Positions 14,721 to 20,000 of a DNA stretch of 20,000 nucleotides are shown piece by piece. The stretch lies in the IMG/VR virus record IMGVR_UViG_3300010158_000053, positions 56,711-76,710 of that record; one strand, 5' to 3'. How positions within the stretch are numbered: position 1 is the stretch's first letter; each line of letters starts with the position of its first letter. A program made the translations under genes and the position numbers. Origin of the DNA: an uncultured virus (IMG/VR IMGVR_UViG_3300010158_000053). Lineage: Duplodnaviria > Heunggongvirae > Uroviricota > Caudoviricetes. The notes under the pieces are model-generated. The model saw only the letters and a program-made list of their open reading frames with translations. It was not told the origin of the DNA and made no database searches.

Positions 14721-16123
14721 ACTTTTTTCTCAACCCACCAACAACTGCCAGTAACTCTTACATAACCAAACAGTTCGTTTGATGCGTTCATAACACCTGG
14801 CGCACCCATATGATAGTCGTGGCCACTAATGATGCCGCCATTTTTTACCTTTGGCCACCAAGCTATGATATCTGCTCTAACTGCTTCGTAACTGTGATCT
14901 GCATCAATGAATACAAAGTCTAAACTTTTATCCAAATAAGTAGTAGCAGCTTCCAAACTGGACATACGTTTGGCTTTATAATAACTTTTTACAGGCTCCA
15001 TATTCTGTTTGAAGATGTCAAACATTTTGTCGTTAACAACATCTGGATCTTCTAGATTGCCACCAGCTTGATGTTCAGGACTGCCTGCCCAAGTATCAAC
15101 ACAGTCAAAATTAATATTCTTGCCACTGTTGGCAATTTCCACAGCCATGAAGCTAGAACTTTTTCCCTTGTAACTTCCAATCTCAACAAAGTGAGCAGGA
15201 CCACTGAACTTGTCAATTATCTCTTTATAGAACGCAATGTCTCCAGGATTAAACCACCCTTCTACATTTTCATAGTAATGAGGAATATAATTCAGGTTAG
15301 GTTCAAACTTAGCAAATACTGAAAGCAAATCAGGATTCAAACTACTTCTATCTACAGGAATAAATTCAGTGTATGATGTTGTAGACGTTTCTCTACCAAA
15401 TAAATCTTTGCCAGTTCTGATGCGTTCTGCAATATTTCCAAGATTAATAATATCAGGAATATTATATTCTTGATGAGCAAAGTTCATAATCTTATGTTGT
15501 ATTTGCTCAGGAGTCATCCAATAACTTAGATGCCATCCAGCATCCATTATTTTAGGCAACTCCCATCGTTTTCTTCTAAACCATTGCGGGCTTTTTTCAG
15601 CAACTGATTTATTAGTAGTCAGTATTGTTCCTGCCCAAGGATTAGTTTGCTTCTGTTTAAGATTGTAATAAAACATATCTTGCACAAATGCAACCGCTTC
15701 CACGCCACTGTTAATATGTTGTATTGCTTGTTTAATGGCTTTCTTGGTTGGGATTTCGTCCAAGTCACTGATCATAATAATATCAGTGGGTTTAAACTGT
15801 TTTAAACCTTGTGCAATATAATTACGTTGATCAACATCCATTGCCATAGATGCATAATACGATGTTACATCCAAACTACCAACCGGCGGCACTCTTTTCC
15901 AGTCATACTTACTATGATCAGTACTCAATGGAAGATATATAATCTTCTTTTGAAATTTTCGATAACGCTCTGTATTATTTGCATAATTCATTGGCTTTTT
16001 ATTTCCGCTATGAGTGAGATCGTTTTCTACAATAACAAAATAGTCAACAGTGTCAAACAGATATTCAAGTCGACCTTCTAGCATATCAAACTCGTTGAAA
16101 AACATAAAGCAATCAATAATCAT
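14717..16123 (-). CDS. GT17-like glycosyltransferase fused to a C-terminal class I SAM methyltransferase
   Basis: IIDCFMFFNEFDML..RL, ISDLDEIP, GWHLSY, K..NFAHQE; C-terminal VEIGSYKGKS, FVFIDADHSYE, GGIISGHDY. Confidence 0.88.
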   Translation of the reverse strand: MIIDCFMFFNEFDMLEGRLEYLFDTVDYFVIVENDLTHSGNKKPMNYANNTERYRKFQKKIIYLPLSTDHSKYDWKRVPPVGSLDVTSYYASMAMDVDQRNYIAQGLKQFKPTDIIMISDLDEIPTKKAIKQAIQHINSGVEAVAFVQDMFYYNLKQKQTNPWAGTILTTNKSVAEKSPQWFRRKRWELPKIMDAGWHLSYWMTPEQIQHKIMNFAHQEYNIPDIINLGNIAERIRTGKDLFGRETSTTSYTEFIPVDRSSLNPDLLSVFAKFEPNLNYIPHYYENVEGWFNPGDIAFYKEIIDKFSGPAHFVEIGSYKGKSSSFMAVEIANSGKNINFDCVDTWAGSPEHQAGGNLEDPDVVNDKMFDIFKQNMEPVKSYYKAKRMSSLEAATTYLDKSLDFVFIDADHSYEAVRADIIAWWPKVKNGGIISGHDYHMGAPGVMNASNELFGYVRVTGSCWWVEKKV

Positions 16124-16536
16124 TTTAAGCTACTCGCAATAAATCCTGCAAAATGTACTACATTACAATTTACAAGATTGGCATAATCATTATCATAAAT
16201 TAATTTACGCATTGCTTCAACAATTGCCGGATCACTTTCAATGTACAATGTGTAACCTTGTTCTACACAGATACGATATTTAAAATCTGCGGCTGTTTCA
16301 GCATCGTCAGTTTTCATTATAACAGTTTGTGGTCGTGTGGCCAACTGTTCAATCCACTTTTCAGTAATGGGCCTATATTCTGCTGAACGTGCAGTTACAA
16401 TATCAAACTCGCCAACTGGACTAAACAGGGGTTTGGCATACAAAGTCTGTAGATAAAACTCTTGCATTGTTAAGTTGGGAATATGGTGATAGTCTGGAAC
16501 TAATACGCCATCCAAATCAAAAGCAATTTTACTCAT
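16120..16536 (-). CDS. HAD-superfamily phosphatase/nucleotidase-like protein
   Basis: IAFDLDGVL (DxD), IVTAR, K and YIESD motifs. Confidence 0.8.
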   Translation of the reverse strand: MSKIAFDLDGVLVPDYHHIPNLTMQEFYLQTLYAKPLFSPVGEFDIVTARSAEYRPITEKWIEQLATRPQTVIMKTDDAETAADFKYRICVEQGYTLYIESDPAIVEAMRKLIYDNDYANLVNCNVVHFAGFIASSLK

Positions 16537-17005
16537 CTCGGAATCTTACTCCGTAATCAACACTTACTTTCTTACTGCCCCACATGGGTTCTTCAGCAAA
16601 GTAAGGTAAACGAACACCTTGAATAATTTCATTGCGAACAAGTTCAGGTGTAAGCCAATCACTAAACAGTACTGCCCAACGCCATTCAGTATTGGGATAG
16701 TAACGACTCATAAACAGTTTAGTGTCCTTGTATGTTGTACCTGACAAAATGTTGTCATCAACAAACACAATACGTTCTGGATCAGAGCCAGTAATCAATT
16801 CACCACGTTCTGACCAATATGCACCTAGTGGTAATTTAAGAATTTGCGCTGTCCACATAGCATAACTAAATCCGCTACGTGCCACAGCAATAATTTCATT
16901 AGGTTTGAAATCATTAATTTGACTGACCATATTGTTAAAGTATTTTTCACCTTCATCATTGGTCATAATGCGAGGTTGTTCTGGAAAGTCTGTAAATTTG
17001 TTCAT
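16529..17005 (-). CDS. Type I phosphoribosyltransferase
   Basis: IIAVARSG and PRPP-binding loop IVFVDDNILSGTT. Confidence 0.88.
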   Translation of the reverse strand: MNKFTDFPEQPRIMTNDEGEKYFNNMVSQINDFKPNEIIAVARSGFSYAMWTAQILKLPLGAYWSERGELITGSDPERIVFVDDNILSGTTYKDTKLFMSRYYPNTEWRWAVLFSDWLTPELVRNEIIQGVRLPYFAEEPMWGSKKVSVDYGVRFRDE

Positions 17006-17016
17006 ATGTTTAAGTA

Positions 17017-17090
17017 TGGTGCTCTAATGCAGAATCGAACTGCAATTCCTGTCATACCAAGACAGTGTTCTTCCATTAAACTATAAGAGC
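17017..17090 (-). tRNA. tRNA-Thr(GGU)
   Basis: Cloverleaf, loop TTGGTAT, CCA. Confidence 0.9.
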
Positions 17091-17099
17091 GATGTAGGG

Positions 17100-17172
17100 C
17101 TGGCAAACCTGGGCTCGAACCAGGGACCCACGGATTAACAGTCCGTTGCTCTACCAACTGAGCTATATGCCA
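17100..17172 (-). tRNA. tRNA-Asn(GUU)
   Basis: Cloverleaf, loop CTGTTAA, G73; full CCA not encoded. Confidence 0.93.
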
Positions 17173-17179
17173 ATATTCT

Positions 17180-17404
17180 TTATTCTTCTGATGAAGTACT
17201 GGCAGTGCCAGTATCATTTGTTACATAACCTGCATTACCACGAGGTTTGTTATCATTACGTGGTTCACGTTTAACAACAACTTCACTTGCCAATTGTGCT
17301 TGGATCATCATATTCTTGAATTGATTACGTTGCACTGGATCAACGATTGAACCCATTAATGTCTTTGTTGTACTACGCATTTTGAAAGTCTTATTAGGTT
17401 TCAT
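17180..17404 (-). CDS. Small hypothetical protein (74 aa)
   Basis: Fills the gap between tRNA-Ser and tRNA-Asn; purine-rich RBS. Confidence 0.75.
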   Translation of the reverse strand: MKPNKTFKMRSTTKTLMGSIVDPVQRNQFKNMMIQAQLASEVVVKREPRNDNKPRGNAGYVTNDTGTASTSSEE

Positions 17405-17425
17405 TTTTTCTCTTTATAAATTTTA

Positions 17426-17515
17426 TGGCGGAACGACTGAGACTCGAACTCAGAAAGCGACTTTCATCACTCGACGGATTAGCAATCCGCTCCAATACCA
17501 TTATGGGACCGTTCC
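17426..17515 (-). tRNA. tRNA-Ser(GCU)
   Basis: Type II cloverleaf, loop TTGCTAA, ends GCCA. Confidence 0.93.
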
Positions 17516-17524
17516 TTAATACTT

Positions 17525-17553
17525 ACTATACACTACTTATTGCACCTTGTCAA
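17525..17553 (-). promoter_or_regulatory. sigma70-type promoter TTGACA-N17-TATAGT
   Basis: Near consensus, immediately upstream of tRNA-Ser. Confidence 0.82.
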
Positions 17554-17568
17554 CAAGTATTTAAAATC

Positions 17569-17681
17569 TGGTACGGCTGGCAGGTCTTGCACCCGCAAAA
17601 GCAAATGACTATGTCCTTGCCCCGTCCCCATTCTTGACTATGGGTCAAGCGGGAGGTCTGCTATATTCCACTCACAGCCGC
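17569..17681 (-). ncRNA. 113-nt tRNA-like RNA with an expanded anticodon region
   Basis: Acceptor GCGGCTG/CAGCCGT-ACCA; T arm GCGGG-TGCAAGA-CCTGC; no 7-nt anticodon loop. Confidence 0.7.
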
Positions 17682-17688
17682 ATATATT

Positions 17689-17716
17689 ATTATACGTATT
17701 TAACTATGAATGTCAA
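17689..17716 (-). promoter_or_regulatory. sigma70-type promoter TTGACA-N16-TATAAT for the tRNA-like RNA
   Basis: Consensus hexamers; predicted start falls near the RNA 5' end. Confidence 0.75.
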
Positions 17717-17738
17717 TGTCTTTTTGTATCATTAATTT

Positions 17739-17823
17739 TGGTGCCCTGGGGGAGACTCGAACTCCCAAGCCTTTCGGCACAGCGACCTCAACGCTGCGTG
17801 TCTACCAATTCCACCACCAGGGC
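17739..17823 (-). tRNA. tRNA-Leu(GAG)
   Basis: Type II cloverleaf, loop TTGAGGT, CCA. Confidence 0.95.
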
Positions 17824-17833
17824 TAAGGTTATA

Positions 17834-17908
17834 TGGTCTGGCGTAACGGAATCGAACCGCTGTTTAGAAGGTAGAAGCTTCCTGTATTTTCCACTATACG
17901 AACGCCAG
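17834..17908 (-). tRNA. tRNA-Arg(UCU)
   Basis: Cloverleaf, loop CTTCTAC, CCA. Confidence 0.9.
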
Positions 17909-17909
17909 A

Positions 17910-18413
17910 TTAGAAATATTGATATCTAGATGTGAGATTAGTTTTATCTTTGACCATACGATCAAACTGTCCGCTCTTGCCATCTTTGTAGAAACCGCTG
18001 GGATCTAGTATACGTCCACGTATTTCTACCCAACTATGTGGAATCCAACAAAACTCTTCAGTTAGGTTGTTGTTAGTTATATAGGCAACTCGATCTTGAG
18101 ATTTACGTGGATCTAAACCTTGACTACGTAGTTTGGCAACATCATCTCGTGTAAATGCATCTAGGCTTGTATCTGCTACATCGGCCCTAAACCAGCCCAT
18201 AGACTTTTTACCATTTACTATTCTACCAATAGGAACAATCTCTGCATTACGAATACCTTTTTGTTTATCTAAAAACTGCATTAGGTCCTGGCTAGCACCA
18301 TAGCAGTTGTCCTGTACAAAATAATATTGTAATTGCACAGGTGTACATTGTGCCCAAAATTCTTCTAATAGGGAATCTATATTGGATTCGAGTAATAAGT
18401 CTAGCAGTTTCAT
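17910..18413 (-). CDS. Transglutaminase/papain-like fold protein (putative Cys-His-Asp triad)
   Basis: DNCYGAS...PHSWVE...ILDPS; start moved to MKLLDLLLE at 18413, downstream of the tRNA. Confidence 0.6.
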   Translation of the reverse strand: MKLLDLLLESNIDSLLEEFWAQCTPVQLQYYFVQDNCYGASQDLMQFLDKQKGIRNAEIVPIGRIVNGKKSMGWFRADVADTSLDAFTRDDVAKLRSQGLDPRKSQDRVAYITNNNLTEEFCWIPHSWVEIRGRILDPSGFYKDGKSGQFDRMVKDKTNLTSRYQYF

Positions 18414-18417
18414 TGTG

Positions 18418-18425
18418 TATTTATA
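18418..18425 (-). promoter_or_regulatory. T4-type late promoter motif TATAAATA
   Basis: Exact motif ending 4 nt before ATG 18413. Confidence 0.55.
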
Positions 18426-18502
18426 TGGTACCCCGTGTCTGATTCGAACAGACATCCAACTCCTTTTGAGAGAATCCGCACTACCAATTAGCGTAACGGG
18501 GC
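18426..18502 (-). tRNA. tRNA-Leu(CAA) lacking the long variable arm
   Basis: Loop CTCAAAA, 77 nt, A73, CCA. Confidence 0.8.
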
Positions 18503-18516
18503 ATAAACTTTTTAGG

Positions 18517-18587
18517 GGTGACTAACGGGATTCGAACCCGTACTACCAGAGTCACAGTCTAGGTTGCTACCATTACAACATAGTCAC
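18517..18587 (-). tRNA. tRNA-His(GUG)
   Basis: Cloverleaf, loop CTGTGAC, C73; neither G-1 nor a full CCA is encoded. Confidence 0.9.
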
Positions 18588-18609
18588 ACCTAAAAAGTCT
18601 AATTTGATT

Positions 18610-18684
18610 TGGTCTCGCCGAAGGGAATCGAACCCCTATTAACTCGTTAGGAGTGAGTGGTACTATCCATTGTACTACAGCGAG
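18610..18684 (-). tRNA. tRNA-Arg(CCU)
   Basis: Cloverleaf, loop CTCCTAA, CCA. Confidence 0.9.
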
Positions 18685-18696
18685 ATAAATATTTTT

Positions 18697-18861
18697 ATGA
18701 GAACATATGACAACGTTACTCCAAGTGGTCTACAATTTCATCTATGCTTGTTAGACGGGGTATGTTGCATCGTTGTTAAGGACACATATGATTCTACATA
18801 TTTCGAAATGAAATACTTTACCAACGTAAATTCTGCACTACGTTGGATCAACAATCTTTAA
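18697..18861 (+). CDS. Small hypothetical protein (54 aa), the only credible plus-strand gene
   Basis: Fits exactly between two tRNAs; preceded by TAAATA 5 nt before the ATG. Confidence 0.6.
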   Translation: MRTYDNVTPSGLQFHLCLLDGVCCIVVKDTYDSTYFEMKYFTNVNSALRWINNL

Positions 18862-18864
18862 TTG

Positions 18865-18939
18865 TGGCGGGCCTTGAGAGGATCGAACTCCCACCAACGG
18901 TTTCGAAGACCGCTATGATATCCATTTCACCAAAAGCCC
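18865..18939 (-). tRNA. tRNA-Arg(UCG)
   Basis: Cloverleaf, loop CTTCGAA, ends GCCA. Confidence 0.92.
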
Positions 18940-18940
18940 A

Positions 18941-19381
18941 TTAAACAGTAATGTATTCGTAGTTAACAGTTTCTTCATTACTACGGAAAACATTTGCACC
19001 ATTTTTAATATGAAACTTACGTGCCATATCAGTTGGTGGACTCAATGTAACAAACCTTTTTATTGATGGCTTGTTTTCCTTAATGTGTTCAACTGCTTTA
19101 AAAATCAACGAACGGCCAGCACCAGGAGCATAACTCCAAATGGTGTAAAACACTGCAACACTGGGTTCAGTATTTACTGTAAACAATTCTTGTTCCGTTG
19201 TTGGAACAAAGTCTTGATAACTTACACAAGTGATTGCCTTAACACTACCTTCTTCGTCACGATATACAAAGATATCTCGATTAGCACCAATTCTACTCAT
19301 TGTAGGAATAGAAGGTCGAACAGGATCTTCATTTAAGAAGTTGAAAAAATTATCTGTGTCAGAAGTAATTAGGTGCAGCAT
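18941..19381 (-). CDS. Hypothetical protein, GNAT-like fold
   Basis: FYTIWSYAPGAGRSLI resembles the acetyl-CoA-binding motif A; ARKFHIKNG resembles motif B. Confidence 0.6.
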   Translation of the reverse strand: MLHLITSDTDNFFNFLNEDPVRPSIPTMSRIGANRDIFVYRDEEGSVKAITCVSYQDFVPTTEQELFTVNTEPSVAVFYTIWSYAPGAGRSLIFKAVEHIKENKPSIKRFVTLSPPTDMARKFHIKNGANVFRSNEETVNYEYITV

Positions 19382-19439
19382 ATTAGCCTTGGAGTTATAA
19401 CTGTACTTATCTATTTAGAGTTCAAACCATTATGAAACT

Positions 19440-19515
19440 TGGTGGTGATGGTGAGACTCGAACTCACGATCTTTTCCGTATGAAGGAGCTGCATTGGCCG
19501 CTATGCTACATCACC
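19440..19515 (-). tRNA. tRNA with CAU anticodon (elongator Met or Ile2)
   Basis: Loop TTCATAC, acceptor GGTGATG/CATCACC-ACCA. Confidence 0.88.
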
Positions 19516-19609
19516 ATATATAAACATACTACTATCACTCAACTGTCCGCTTGGTTGGCACTACGCACCAACTGTGATATAACGGTATTTTTAGTATGTT
19601 TATATATGG
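19514..19609 (-). repeat. 18-bp perfect inverted-repeat cassette (CCATATATAAACATACTA/TAGTATGTTTATATATGG)
   Basis: Read directly; arms overlap the upstream CCA and the downstream tRNA 5' end. Confidence 0.9.
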
Positions 19610-19709
19610 CGAACTCATTGTAGGCAGGATTTCGAAACCTGCAAGTGGGCATTTAACTCCACCGGCCCTATAAGAGGCCTATGTTTGACCATTCCATCAC
19701 TACGAGTTC
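19607..19709 (-). ncRNA. Atypical tRNA-like RNA (extended bulged acceptor stem, 9-nt T loop, long variable arm)
   Basis: GAACTC-GTAG/CTAC-AAT-GAGTTC-GCCA; GCAGG-TTTCGAAAT-CCTGC; anticodon arm GGCCT-CTTATA-GGGCC. Confidence 0.7.
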
Positions 19710-19758
19710 ATCGGGTCATGACTCCCGATTATGGATCAGGGTAATTACTCCTGTTAAG

Positions 19759-19839
19759 ACCATATAGAAACACACTAAAACACAACCTTAGTTTCCCAGT
19801 TACGGTATTGTCAGTTGGTATAATGTGTTTTTATATGGT
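19759..19839 (-). repeat. 16-bp inverted-repeat cassette (one mismatch) of the same family
   Basis: ACCATATAAAAACACA/TGTGTTTCTATATGGT. Confidence 0.88.
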
Positions 19840-19910
19840 CGGGGCACAGGGACTCGAACCCTGATAGACCGGGTAAAAGCCGGTTATTCTAGCCATTGAA
19901 TTATACCCCG
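19836..19910 (-). tRNA. tRNA-Lys(UUU)
   Basis: Cloverleaf, loop CTTTTAC, CCA. Confidence 0.92.
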
Positions 19911-19914
19911 TATA

Positions 19915-19989
19915 TGGTCCACTCTCTGAGACTCGAACTCAGTTCTCTCTGCTTAAGAGGCAGGACTTCACCTTCAAAGTTTAGAGTGG
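19915..19989 (-). tRNA. tRNA-Lys(CUU)
   Basis: Cloverleaf, loop CTCTTAA, CCA. Confidence 0.88.
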
Positions 19990-20000
19990 GTTGTGCATAT

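Noticed and set aside
17002..17929. ORFs 17002..17217, 17425..17637 and 17738..17929
   Set aside because: They overlap clear tRNA genes.
18414..18455. N-terminal extension of the 181-aa ORF
   Set aside because: Falls inside tRNA-Leu(CAA); ATG 18413 after TATAAATA is a better start.
19607..19709. Evidence of stop-codon reassignment through a UUA suppressor
   Set aside because: Genes here are intact under the standard code and many end in TAA; the loop geometry is non-canonical.
9017..19839. IR cassettes as a CRISPR array or MITEs
   Set aside because: Copies are dispersed inverted repeats, not tandem direct repeats; no cas or transposase genes and no target-site duplications seen.

Overview
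A 20-kb segment of a large tailed-phage genome (T4-like/jumbo style; a Proteobacterial, probably betaproteobacterial, host is inferred). Almost everything is on the minus strand, driven by repeated near-consensus sigma70 promoters. The left part carries small hypothetical genes, two AAA+ ATPases, an NAD+ salvage pair (NAMPT plus NMNAT-Nudix) and rubredoxin/rubrerythrin. From about 6.75 kb onward the window is an RNA-gene-rich island. It holds a circularly permuted two-piece tmRNA with an ORF in its intervening segment, a ~900-nt GOLLD-like giant RNA with an embedded tRNA-like domain, about 21 tRNAs (several structurally odd), extra tRNA-like and unidentified structured RNAs, and a family of inverted-repeat-flanked cassettes with unrelated inserts. 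Protein genes in the island are a SAM methyltransferase, dCMP deaminase, an RNA polymerase omega homolog, a CDGSH-like protein, a four-gene PRTase/HAD/GT17-MTase/B12-radical SAM operon, a transglutaminase-like protein and a GNAT-like protein. All family calls come from reading motifs by eye; no searches were run.
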